A stretch of DNA of 63,000 bases, filler included, from an uncultured Methanosarcinales archaeon (GTDB taxonomy: Archaea > Nanobdellota > Nanobdellia > Woesearchaeales > BS150m-G63): NCBI GenBank assembly GCA_964630685.1. It is 4 parts of 4 records of this genome, joined end to end, with 100 filler letters (N's around TTAATTAATTAA, not from the genome) between each part and the next. Parts side by side here need not be neighbours in the genome. Positions count along the whole stretch, not along the records: positions 1 to 26,629 come from CAZVVW010000012.1; 3 more parts are not named here. The stretch is one strand, 5' to 3'. The notes beneath the pieces are model-generated. The model made no database searches. It saw nothing but the letters and a program-made list of their open reading frames with translations, and had not been told where the DNA came from. Shown here piece by piece: positions 9,076-19,003 of this stretch (position 1 is the first letter of the stretch; each line of letters begins with the position of its first letter). The translations under genes were made by a program, and so were the position numbers.

Positions 9076-12000
9076 TTATTCAATTATGATTGTTGAGTCT
9101 GGGCCTGTTGAATCTAAGATTACTTCTCCGTGTTTTATTCCTGTTTCTTGGTTTGTGCTTGTTGCCATTATTGCAAATCTATTATGGCCTTCTATTAGGG
9201 GGGTTGTTGTGCTGAATTCTTCTGTTGAGAATATTGTCTTTTGTTGTCCATTTAAGTAAAACTGTGCAGAAAGTAATTGTCCGGTGATTAATCCAGCAAA
9301 CTCTATTTCTGGTGTTGTTACAACTAAGTATTTGTAGGGGGTTGATGTGTATGGGGAAGATAAGAATATTTCTGGTATTGGATCTTTTATTTCAAACAAA
9401 GAGTTTTGCCCTTCGCCTCTGACCCCATCTGCTGTTATTGGAACCACATAAATCCTGTATTTATTTATTGGAAGTGGTTCGTAAGGGTATGCAAAATTCA
9501 ATGTTGCTTGATTTGCTGTCGTGGTTATTGTTCCAGGATCCAATAATTGTTCTTGGGTGTTGTTTAGGGTGTAAATTATGAATTCTGTCAATTGCGGAGA
9601 TGGTGTGAAGTTATTTTCTTGCAATAGTTTTGTTGAAATGGTTGTTATTGGGTTAATTATATCTCCATTAAAAGGATCTATCAATTCTGTTTTTGTACCT
9701 ATGTTATTGTAGACACCATAAATTGTTTGTTGGTTAGTGTTTGTTGCTTTGTCTTCTATTTTTAGCTCTATTTTATTTGAACCATTTGCTAAAATTGCAA
9801 CTGTGCTGAAATCTCCATCTATTGTGTGGATTGGATATAGTTGTTGTTCATCATTTACATAAATTTGGAAATTTGCTAATGGCTCTGTAGTACCACTTAT
9901 TTGAAGCACTGTTTCGTTTGTTATGAATCCGTCTAAAGGATGGATTAAATTAATGAATGGGATGGTAAAGTCTGTTGTGAAATTAAATGTGTGGGGTTCT
10001 GAAGGATTTACATTTAGTTCTACTGCATCACAATTTATTGTAAAACTGAATGTTTTGTTTTCTTCTATTTCTGTCAATTGTTGTGGGCTGTCTGATGGTC
10101 CTGACACTTTTGCTGAATGTAAGTATGTTGCTCCTGTGTGAGTTTTTGAGGCAAGTGAGTCGCTTGTTCCATAAGTATGGCTATCTAAATCATACACTCT
10201 TGAAATATATTCCCCTTGTTGTGGATTTACATCTATTGTACAGCTTGCGTTTCTGTAAGTTTCAAAAGTTATGTCTGGGTATTGGATGTTTGTGTAACCT
10301 TGAGGATTGATGTTTTTTATTTGAATTGGAAGTTCTGTGTTTACTTCTACGTCTATTTGGAAAATGTTTGCTAGGTTTCCTGCCATATCTTCACAACCAA
10401 GATAAAGTGTATGAAATCCGTTATCTAATTGGAATGTATTTGAATATCTTTGACTGCTGAATTCTAATTCATCAAAATTAGGGAATTTTTCCATGGAATC
10501 ATAATCTGGTGTTTGGCCATATTTACATCTTATCGGCTCTGGTGAAAATGCTTCTAGGTTGGTTGAGTCGCTAAGGAATAGTAGGAAAGATGCGTGTGAT
10601 GTTGTCAATTCCTGCAATTCTGCATTATATACATTTACATAAGATATTGTTGGTGGAATAGTGTCTACTTTGATTAAGAATGGTTTAGTGATGTTGTGGT
10701 CTAGTAAATCTGTACATGTTGTGGCCATTATTGTGTATTCGTTTTCTTCTAAAAAGTCTGTTATCTGAGTTTGGTGTATTCTTGAGTCTGTTGTTGTGAA
10801 ATCTAGATATCTGTAATTGCCTTCTCCGATTAGATATTCTAATGAACATGTTGCTGGCTCATGTGTAGTTATTTCTATTAAAGGGGTTGGGTCCCTTGTT
10901 GAAAGAGTTGCTGGATTGGTTACTTTGATTGTTGGTGGTGAGTGGTCTTTGATTACTAATACTGATGCATTGAATTTGTTTCCTGTTGCATCTTCTGCTA
11001 TGAGTGTTATGGTGTTATTTGTTTCTGTGTTATTTGATCCACTGTAACCATCTAAGCTTGTTATGTTTATTGTAAATTGTCCATTGTTTAGTGTTGCTTT
11101 GTTTGATGTTCTTGATGCTGAATATATTTCTATATCTTCTGTCAATAAGTAGCTTCCTAAAATTGTTAGGGTTGAAGAATCTAAAATGTAGTGGTCGTCT
11201 ACTTTGATTGCGTTTTCTATGTCGTCTATGCTTATTTCTGAACTACTAAAATCAAGATATACTGTAATTGTTCTTGTTGTTGTGTGGCCTATCTGGTCTG
11301 TAGCTGTTGCTGTGATTATTTTTTCTCCTTCTTCTGGTGTAAGTGTTAGTTGTTGAACAAAAATTCCTTGATTTATTTGGGGGTAGAATGTTGTGGTTGT
11401 GACATCTCCTGTGAATGTTATATTTGCTATGTTTAGGTCACTATACTCTCCTGAAACAGTTATTGTTGGATGGTTTACTCTTTGATTGTATGTGGAAATA
11501 GTTAGATTTGGAGGTGTTGTATCTATCAATACTGAAAAACTTCCTATATCTGAAGGATTGTCAAAATTATCTGATGCTTGATAACTCATGATAGTCATCT
11601 GATCTTGAGTGAATGTGTGGGTGTAAGGGTTAGAAACTAATATTCCATCTATTAATGGATAGCAACCAGTGACTAAACAGTATTTTAATTCTTTTATTCC
11701 GTTTGGGTCTTGTGCGCTGATTGTTGCTGTTTGGGGTGTTGATACCCAAATATTATTGTTTTGATAATCATCTGAAACTGTTGGGGCTATGTTGTCCATT
11801 TCTGTTATTACTGAAGTTTGTGCTATGTTTCCTGCTTTATCTGAAATTGTTAAGTTTATATTTTTAATTCCTATTTCTTCTGTTAGTTCAATAATTGTTT
11901 GGAATGGTGTGTATAATTCAGTGTAATCTATCTGTGTGGGCGTTACATCTCCAGTGATATTTATGTAATATGGATTGATTTCTGTATAAGATAAATTTAA

Positions 12001-15000
12001 TATTGTTATTTGATTGTTTGTTCTTGCCGGAATTGCTGCGTTTAGTGTTGGAGGAGTAATATCTATTGTAAATGGATATTGCCAATATGCTTCTTCACTC
12101 CAACTTCCATTGGGGAATTGTTTTGTTGCGTAAATTTTTAGGGTGTAGGATTCTTCTTGAAATTGGTTATTTGGTGTTGCGCTAAATTGATAGTTTGAAA
12201 GTGTTGTTAATGTGAATGGGTCATTGATTTGTTGTGTGCCTTTTTCTAATTCTATGTTTGTTACTTCTATTAGTTCAAAAGGTGAAAATGTTATCCCTAT
12301 TGTTGGTGTGGTGTGGTTTGAATAGTAGGTGTATGGAGATCCTTCTAATATTTTATTTCCAGGTATTAATTGGATGCTTGGTGGGGTAGGTGATAATCCG
12401 TCCATAAGGAATGCCCAATCTAATGATGCTGTGTTTCCTGCTTTATCTGTTGCAGAAATTGTTAAGTTGGTCCAGCCAGTTTCTAGATTTGTTGATGGAA
12501 GGTATGAGATTGTTATCTCTGAACCCTCTTCGTTTGAAGCGCATGTTGCTGAAGTGCAATTTACTGTTAGGTTTCCTATTGTTAATGTGATTGTGTCTCT
12601 GTTTATGCTTCCATGTAAGTCTGTGACTGTTGCTTCTATTAGTGGTTTTTCTTCGTTAGTGTAAGATAATGGTGAAGGGGTTAATTGGTTAAATTCTGGT
12701 GGTTGAGTGTCGTAAATAACTGTGAAGACTTCTGAATAAGTTCCATAATTTCCGCTTTCATCTAATCCTTGTGCTGCGAGATGATTGGCCCATTGATCTA
12801 ATGGAAGATTATATTCAAACCATCCTGAAGGAATTTGGGTATTGTAAATGTTTATATTTTGGGATGTTTGGCTTAAGTTTTCTTCCAATGGTGGTTGGAA
12901 TGTTATTGTGTATAATTCATCTACTCCTTCTGGATCTGAATAAAGTTCGATGTGTGTTATCTCATAATATTTGTGATTGTATTGTTTTGTGTTGGAGAAT
13001 TCTAAGAATTTTCCAACTGCAAATAAGTGTGAATAATCATTTATGATTATACTAGTTAGAGTGTCTGGAATTATTTCTCCATAAATTGAAGATTCCCAAC
13101 TTGCTATTGAAGGATTTGATTGAGAGGTCTGGGTTTGTGCAGAGATGTCCCATCCAGGATCTAAGGGATTTGGAGAGGCAATATTTTTTCTTAACAAGAT
13201 GTTTCTGTTTGGCTGCCAATCTTTATCTGCGCCAGTAATATATATTTGTGGTTGATTTGTGTATGTTAGTTCTTGTGTAGGGTCAAATATCTCTGGTGCA
13301 TCTGGACCTTCGGTATTTATTGTAAATGTTGAACCGTTTGTTATTTGGTCTCCAACTAATTGATTTAGGTCTTGGGCTTGTATTTTGAAAGTTGCTGTTG
13401 TGTGATCTAGATTTGCGTACATTGCTGTTGGAGCGATGTATAAGTTTCCTTGCCATGTTTGGGCTGACCCGGTTATGTCTGTAACTGCTGCTTTATTGCT
13501 TCCAAAACTATAATTGAAATGATCTATCTGTAATAATGGTTCGCTTGCATGGATTATTGCATTGTAAATTCCATAACCAACAGAATCCACTGTGATATTA
13601 TCTTTTTTGATTGTTATTGTGAAAGATGGTTCTGTTGTGTCTTCTACGATGAATTCCTGGCTGAACTGATATGTTTTTCCGAAAAGGTCTTTTATTTCAT
13701 AATCTACTGTGTAATTTCCAATTGTTATATCGTCTTCTAATGTGAATGTGAAAGAGTTGTTTATATGTTGCATCTGAGCTGTGGAAGAGTAAATAGATGG
13801 AACTGTGTTGGATATTGTTAATGAAATTTCATCTAAGATTGTTTGTTTGTTTGAAATAAAATTGAAGTTTATTGGGTAACTAAATTCTGCTTTTTTGCTT
13901 AATTGGTCTATTCTTTGGTTCTGGTGATTGTATATTTCTGGTGCAAATTCGGTTGTGTCTTGTACTTCTATTGTTTGTTGAAGAGTTGTTGTGCTTCCGA
14001 ATTGGTCTTGAGTATTTAATGTTAAAGAGTAGCTTCCTGGATCTAATGGTGTGGTGATTGATGGGTCGTAAGTTGCTATGTAACTGTGAGTTGATGTGAT
14101 GAAAGATTCAAAAGACTCGTTTGCTTGGAGTGCTATAGTCACTGGTGAGCTTGTGCACCCAGTTCCGGATATACATTCTAAGGTTATTGTTGTTGTACCA
14201 ACATCATCTAAAGTTTCATCATTTGGATCTCCCCATAATTCATCATTTGCTTTAAGTTCAAAAATCCACGTTTGACCATATTCTAATGATTTGATTGTGT
14301 CGCTTTGATGGTTTGTGTTTCCATAATTGTCATAGGAATTGAATTCACTAATTGTTGGGCCAAAGCTGTCTAAATATGAAGTTATTGATGTTGAAAAACT
14401 GTTTCCGACAAGGTCGTATGCTGTTGCAATTAATTGGTTGTATCCTCCAAAGAGTTCTATATTTGCTGTGAATTGTCCTAGGTTATTTTTTGTTGAAGTG
14501 TTTGCTTGTACTGATTCTGAAGTAATTCCATTTTTATCTACTGCTTTTATGAAAATACTTACTTCTGAAGTGTCGTTCCAGAGGCCCATCACTGCCTGAA
14601 TTTTTGAAGAGCTAAGAGACATGTCTATTGGAGAAGTTATACTCAAGACTGGAGGGGAATTATCTATTATGAGTTGATTGCAATTTGTTTCTTCTATGTT
14701 GTTGAATAAATCTGTCCCCCTATAACATAAATAATAAGTTCCGCTATTTGTGAATGGGTCCATATATTCTCCTGAATGTACAATATATGGTGTGCAAGGT
14801 TGTGCTGCTGTACAATATTCTATTTTAGTGCATCCAGATTCTTGTGGGGGTCCTTGGGGTTGATCTTCACATTGAAATTGGAAGAATAGTTGTTTATATG
14901 GTCTTTCCCCCATTTCAATAATTGAACCATTTGGAGAGATTGCTGAAATAGAGGATATTGGTGGAAGGTTGTCTATTGTGAAAGTTATTGTACTTGTGTC

Positions 15001-18000
15001 TTTTAGGTTTCCGTTTGGAGCATCATAACATTTGACTTCATAGATGTAGGTATCACTTTCTAAATCTTCCACTATTGCTTCATAATAATAATCTGAATTA
15101 TCTGGGATTCCTTGTGCTCCTTGGGAGGGGTTGAATGGATATTTCAATATTTTTCCCTTTTGATTATAATAACAATAATATTGGTCCCCTTTTGTTTTGA
15201 TTGAAATGTTTACGCTGTTTCCTGAAATTGTTTCCAAATTGGGAGATTCATCAAAAATCATCTGGACTCTATCTACCTCTATTGTCCAATTCTTTGTTTT
15301 GCTGTTTTGATGAAGATCTGTGCAGGTTAATGTGTATAAATAATTTGAATCTTGAAGTGTTGGATAAGTGACTTGGTGAGGTGCATCTATTTCGATTAAG
15401 GTGTTGGTTAGTTTAGTGCTTTCTGCTGGTACTAGATAATCATGGCAGAGGGCGTTTTCTGTTACTGATATGTTTATTGTTAGATCTGATGCAGATTCTG
15501 AAGAGGTTGAATTTGATAACGTGTATATTATTTCCATATCTGGCACTATTGTGTCTGTGTAGATTTCTGTTGATTTTATCTGCTCTATGTTGTTTGCGTT
15601 GTCTAAAGAGTAGTATCTTAATGTTATTAATTCTTCTTTGTTGATTAATCCAGAAGTTTCTCCTGAAAGTAGTATATTGTTATTTTCAACTTCTGTGTTT
15701 GGGCAACAGGTTTCTCCTATACAATAATATGTTTTATTTGCTCCACTGTAATCTAAAGGCGAAAATACTAGTGTATATCCTGCGTGATTGATATAGGAAG
15801 GTTTATTTGATATTAATGTGTTTGGGGCTGTGTTATCTTTTAAGCAAGTTTGATCTGCTTCACAATCTTCTATGTTATCTGCATCCCCATCTTTTATACA
15901 TTTGTTATTATCCCATTTGCACCTTCCAAGTTTACAATTGTCTTGGCTAAAAGTTAGATTTTCACTGCTTCCGCAACTACTTTGGGGGTTGCCGAATTCT
16001 ATTAAAGATTCTCCTACACAATCCTCTCTTGATATATAAGATTCACAAGTTGTTTCTGTTGCGCAAGAAATACAAGTTGTTTGGTTGGTGTCTGAATAAC
16101 ATTTACCTAATTTAGAGCAAACATCATGGGTGCATGCAGTATTTTCAAATACATCTCCTTGAGGTCCACAGAGATTACAATAATCTGTTCCTTGATAATC
16201 TTCTGCGTAACAGATTCCTTTTCCTAATCTTCCAAAATAATCTGTTGAATCGTACCATTTACAATCTAGATTGTTTCTGTCTCCAGCGTAACAATTATCT
16301 TCTAAACAGGCTTGTTCTGTTTTGTAATCATAACAAGACATATCTGTATCGCAATTTAGACATCTATCTACTGAAGTCCAAAAATCTTGATATGAATCAT
16401 AATAACAATACCTTTGTTGTAGCTGTTCGGGTTGGGTTTTATCTTCTAGACAACCCAGCTGATTCATTTCATAATATGCATCATAATATAATCCAAATAT
16501 GTTTCCTTGTCCTAGTCCTGTTCCTGGGCAATTTGCTTGTGCATCTGTACACCATGTTTCATCTTCTGCTTGTTGACAAAGAGAATTGTTTCCTTGTGCT
16601 GTGATACAATCCCCATTTGGAGAATTTCTCATTATTCCATCCCATAATACTGGTTTGTTTGTTGCATCACAAACAACTCTTTTAGTTTCTTCCATACACC
16701 AAGATTCGTCATAAAATTTTCCTTCACAATCTGAAGAACCTATATCCATTGTTATTAGATTACTTGTTGAGGTTATTCCATAATTTGAGTATGCAAGAAT
16801 ATGATATTCATAACTCGTGTTCCATTCTACTGTTGTATCTATGTAAGTGAATTGGGTGTTTAGTGTTGTGTGGATGTGTTCTCCATTTCTGTAAATCTCA
16901 AATCTGTCTACTTGATCTGGACAAGGTTGTTGCCAGTTTAATGTTAGATCTTTTATTCCTCTAGATTGGTTTGCTGAAATAAATGGTTCTGCAAGAGATG
17001 TTTCTGAACATTCTACATAAATTGGAGTTAATGTGAAATTATTTGACTGAAGTTCTGAAGGAAGAATGTTTAGTGTTGTGGTTGCATAAGAGTATCCTGG
17101 TTTTGAAACTAATAAAGAGTATTGGCCTGATGGGGCTTGAATAAGGTAATTCCCGTTGTAGATTGTTGATGTCGAGTATGTTTGAGTTGTTTCTGTTAAA
17201 GTAAATGAAAGTGTTACTGCTTCAATTCCTGTTATATTTATTTCTTCTGTGACATAACCTGTGAATGTCCCGTAGGCTATACAAGGATCGTTTGACTGAT
17301 GATATATTCCTTCACAACAATAACCATTTGATTGATTTGTGTTATTTACATCTAGAAATTGGTTTCCACATTGACACATTGTTCCAGAAGAATTTGTGAG
17401 GTCTGTGTTTGTTATTGGTTCATTGTTCAATGCTCCGTTATGGCAAGGAGGTATTTGTTCAACAGTGGTGTTACAACAACCATAACTAGAATCATCGTAA
17501 TTGCTTGCTGCACAGAGGTCTACTCCATCTATTGTTAGGGTTGTGCCGTCTACTGCACTACATTGATAATTCCAAGAATAACAATCTCCCCCTGCAGTTA
17601 GACAAGATGTGGGACATAAACAATCGTTGGTACAAAGTCCTGGGCATGGGCCTAAGTCGTTATCACATTGTTCCCCTAAATCTAATTCATTGTTTCCACA
17701 AAGTTGTTCTGGGGAAAGTGCTGTTAATGTAAAATTGTGTTCTGTAATTATTCCTCCAACTATTTCTACTGGATCTGTTTTTGATTCGTGATTGTCTGCT
17801 ATTGCTGTTATCTCGTGGTCTCCAATTGTTATGTCTGTTAAAGTATATTTTCCTGTGAGTGTTGTAAATATCCCTCCATTAGCCCAATAGATGTATGCAG
17901 AAACTGGATTTCCTTCTGTGTTTTTGATGTATCCTATTAAGGTTCCCTTATCTGTTGCTCCTGGCGTTAATGTTATATTTAAGTAAGTTGTTTCATTGAA

Positions 18001-18702
18001 ATTTATTGTTGTGTTGCTGATTTGGTTTGGTTGGAATCCTGTTGCAAGTGCTTCTATGTAATGTGTTCCTGTTGGAACTTCTTCTAAAAGATATTCTCCC
18101 AATACGTTAGTAAAAGTTGATATGCCTGAAACTATTATTTGTGTGTTTGGTATTTGTGCAGATGTTGTTTCATCAGACACTATTCCTGTGAGGGTTCCTG
18201 TTACTGTTTGACCAATCAAGCAGAGATTGTTACACTCTTCTTCAATCATTCCTGGATGGAACTGAGTATCTGGATAGAGTTCATACGGGGAACAATCCAT
18301 CTCTGATTTAACTTCACAAAAACCAATATTATTTTCAGATGTTAAGTAAACACAACAGCCAGTTCCACATTCTGGTGCAGAGTCACATGTGTATGTTGGT
18401 GCTAAATCATTGATGAAAGTAAATGCGTAATTACAATCTTTGTAAGGTGTTATTTCACAAGTTTGAAGACAACACCCTTGCCATTCACATTGGGTTTGTG
18501 CACAAGGAGTTGTTGGGTCAAAGATTCCTTCCCCACAAGTTGCTTCTCCACAACATTCCTGTGCTGAGGCTACATCTTGACAAAAATTACTTGGATGGAA
18601 ACAACAAGTGTAATCTAAAGAGTTTGTTTTGGGGAGGATTAATAATAGTGTTAATATTATTAAAAATACATTGATACCCCTTTTTATTGTTTTACTATTC
18701 AT
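9076..18702 (-). CDS. Giant secreted adhesin-like protein (3208 aa): Cys-rich N-terminus, carboxypeptidase-regulatory-like, FN3 and many Ig-like repeats
   Basis: Signal peptide; GTLTGIVSD/GTLIGYIKN modules; repeated D-x-x-P-P...D-x-A-G-N Ig-type motifs. Confidence 0.85.
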   Translation of the reverse strand: MNSKTIKRGINVFLIILTLLLILPKTNSLDYTCCFHPSNFCQDVASAQECCGEATCGEGIFDPTTPCAQTQCEWQGCCLQTCEITPYKDCNYAFTFINDLAPTYTCDSAPECGTGCCVYLTSENNIGFCEVKSEMDCSPYELYPDTQFHPGMIEEECNNLCLIGQTVTGTLTGIVSDETTSAQIPNTQIIVSGISTFTNVLGEYLLEEVPTGTHYIEALATGFQPNQISNTTINFNETTYLNITLTPGATDKGTLIGYIKNTEGNPVSAYIYWANGGIFTTLTGKYTLTDITIGDHEITAIADNHESKTDPVEIVGGIITEHNFTLTALSPEQLCGNNELDLGEQCDNDLGPCPGLCTNDCLCPTSCLTAGGDCYSWNYQCSAVDGTTLTIDGVDLCAASNYDDSSYGCCNTTVEQIPPCHNGALNNEPITNTDLTNSSGTMCQCGNQFLDVNNTNQSNGYCCEGIYHQSNDPCIAYGTFTGYVTEEINITGIEAVTLSFTLTETTQTYSTSTIYNGNYLIQAPSGQYSLLVSKPGYSYATTTLNILPSELQSNNFTLTPIYVECSETSLAEPFISANQSRGIKDLTLNWQQPCPDQVDRFEIYRNGEHIHTTLNTQFTYIDTTVEWNTSYEYHILAYSNYGITSTSNLITMDIGSSDCEGKFYDESWCMEETKRVVCDATNKPVLWDGIMRNSPNGDCITAQGNNSLCQQAEDETWCTDAQANCPGTGLGQGNIFGLYYDAYYEMNQLGCLEDKTQPEQLQQRYCYYDSYQDFWTSVDRCLNCDTDMSCYDYKTEQACLEDNCYAGDRNNLDCKWYDSTDYFGRLGKGICYAEDYQGTDYCNLCGPQGDVFENTACTHDVCSKLGKCYSDTNQTTCISCATETTCESYISREDCVGESLIEFGNPQSSCGSSENLTFSQDNCKLGRCKWDNNKCIKDGDADNIEDCEADQTCLKDNTAPNTLISNKPSYINHAGYTLVFSPLDYSGANKTYYCIGETCCPNTEVENNNILLSGETSGLINKEELITLRYYSLDNANNIEQIKSTEIYTDTIVPDMEIIYTLSNSTSSESASDLTINISVTENALCHDYLVPAESTKLTNTLIEIDAPHQVTYPTLQDSNYLYTLTCTDLHQNSKTKNWTIEVDRVQMIFDESPNLETISGNSVNISIKTKGDQYYCYYNQKGKILKYPFNPSQGAQGIPDNSDYYYEAIVEDLESDTYIYEVKCYDAPNGNLKDTSTITFTIDNLPPISSISAISPNGSIIEMGERPYKQLFFQFQCEDQPQGPPQESGCTKIEYCTAAQPCTPYIVHSGEYMDPFTNSGTYYLCYRGTDLFNNIEETNCNQLIIDNSPPVLSITSPIDMSLSSSKIQAVMGLWNDTSEVSIFIKAVDKNGITSESVQANTSTKNNLGQFTANIELFGGYNQLIATAYDLVGNSFSTSITSYLDSFGPTISEFNSYDNYGNTNHQSDTIKSLEYGQTWIFELKANDELWGDPNDETLDDVGTTTITLECISGTGCTSSPVTIALQANESFESFITSTHSYIATYDPSITTPLDPGSYSLTLNTQDQFGSTTTLQQTIEVQDTTEFAPEIYNHQNQRIDQLSKKAEFSYPINFNFISNKQTILDEISLTISNTVPSIYSSTAQMQHINNSFTFTLEDDITIGNYTVDYEIKDLFGKTYQFSQEFIVEDTTEPSFTITIKKDNITVDSVGYGIYNAIIHASEPLLQIDHFNYSFGSNKAAVTDITGSAQTWQGNLYIAPTAMYANLDHTTATFKIQAQDLNQLVGDQITNGSTFTINTEGPDAPEIFDPTQELTYTNQPQIYITGADKDWQPNRNILLRKNIASPNPLDPGWDISAQTQTSQSNPSIASWESSIYGEIIPDTLTSIIINDYSHLFAVGKFLEFSNTKQYNHKYYEITHIELYSDPEGVDELYTITFQPPLEENLSQTSQNINIYNTQIPSGWFEYNLPLDQWANHLAAQGLDESGNYGTYSEVFTVIYDTQPPEFNQLTPSPLSYTNEEKPLIEATVTDLHGSINRDTITLTIGNLTVNCTSATCASNEEGSEITISYLPSTNLETGWTNLTISATDKAGNTASLDWAFLMDGLSPTPPSIQLIPGNKILEGSPYTYYSNHTTPTIGITFSPFELIEVTNIELEKGTQQINDPFTLTTLSNYQFSATPNNQFQEESYTLKIYATKQFPNGSWSEEAYWQYPFTIDITPPTLNAAIPARTNNQITILNLSYTEINPYYINITGDVTPTQIDYTELYTPFQTIIELTEEIGIKNINLTISDKAGNIAQTSVITEMDNIAPTVSDDYQNNNIWVSTPQTATISAQDPNGIKELKYCLVTGCYPLIDGILVSNPYTHTFTQDQMTIMSYQASDNFDNPSDIGSFSVLIDTTPPNLTISTYNQRVNHPTITVSGEYSDLNIANITFTGDVTTTTFYPQINQGIFVQQLTLTPEEGEKIITATATDQIGHTTTRTITVYLDFSSSEISIDDIENAIKVDDHYILDSSTLTILGSYLLTEDIEIYSASRTSNKATLNNGQFTINITSLDGYSGSNNTETNNTITLIAEDATGNKFNASVLVIKDHSPPTIKVTNPATLSTRDPTPLIEITTHEPATCSLEYLIGEGNYRYLDFTTTDSRIHQTQITDFLEENEYTIMATTCTDLLDHNITKPFLIKVDTIPPTISYVNVYNAELQELTTSHASFLLFLSDSTNLEAFSPEPIRCKYGQTPDYDSMEKFPNFDELEFSSQRYSNTFQLDNGFHTLYLGCEDMAGNLANIFQIDVEVNTELPIQIKNINPQGYTNIQYPDITFETYRNASCTIDVNPQQGEYISRVYDLDSHTYGTSDSLASKTHTGATYLHSAKVSGPSDSPQQLTEIEENKTFSFTINCDAVELNVNPSEPHTFNFTTDFTIPFINLIHPLDGFITNETVLQISGTTEPLANFQIYVNDEQQLYPIHTIDGDFSTVAILANGSNKIELKIEDKATNTNQQTIYGVYNNIGTKTELIDPFNGDIINPITTISTKLLQENNFTPSPQLTEFIIYTLNNTQEQLLDPGTITTTANQATLNFAYPYEPLPINKYRIYVVPITADGVRGEGQNSLFEIKDPIPEIFLSSPYTSTPYKYLVVTTPEIEFAGLITGQLLSAQFYLNGQQKTIFSTEEFSTTTPLIEGHNRFAIMATSTNQETGIKHGEVILDSTGPDSTIIIE

Positions 18703-18890
18703 TTTAATTTTTTCTTTTTCTTGTTTTTGTCCTCTTCAAACTCTATATACCATTTATCTTTTTTAGAATCATATTTGAAAATTACGTTGTGTTTTTTTGA
18801 TTTATCAACTTTAAATAGGAGTGGCATAGGAATTGTTGTCTCGAAAGAGCTACCTCGAGTGTACAATTTCCTCTTTATTTCAAATGACAT
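18699..18890 (-). CDS. AbrB/SpoVT-like small DNA-binding protein
   Basis: RKLYTRGSSFETTIP swapped-hairpin-like motif; stop overlaps the ATG of the 3208-aa gene. Confidence 0.7.
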   Translation of the reverse strand: MSFEIKRKLYTRGSSFETTIPMPLLFKVDKSKKHNVIFKYDSKKDKWYIEFEEDKNKKKKKLK

Positions 18891-18893
18891 ATT

Positions 18894-18948
18894 TTACTTA
18901 TTTAATTACTTATATTTTTACTTATTTTTTACTTATCTATTTACTTAT
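18894..18948 (-). promoter_or_regulatory. Five phased TTACTTAT direct repeats (candidate operator array)
   Basis: Copies at 18894, 18906, 18918, 18929, 18941, between a TATA-like box (~18972-18981) and the AbrB-like start. Confidence 0.55.
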
Positions 18949-19003
18949 ATATTATTTATTAGAACTTATGATATATTTAAACTTTTCTAAGAATTAAATG
19001 TGG

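Noticed and set aside
8793..9259. ORFs spanning the N-gap
   Set aside because: Products of the tandem repeat and Ns
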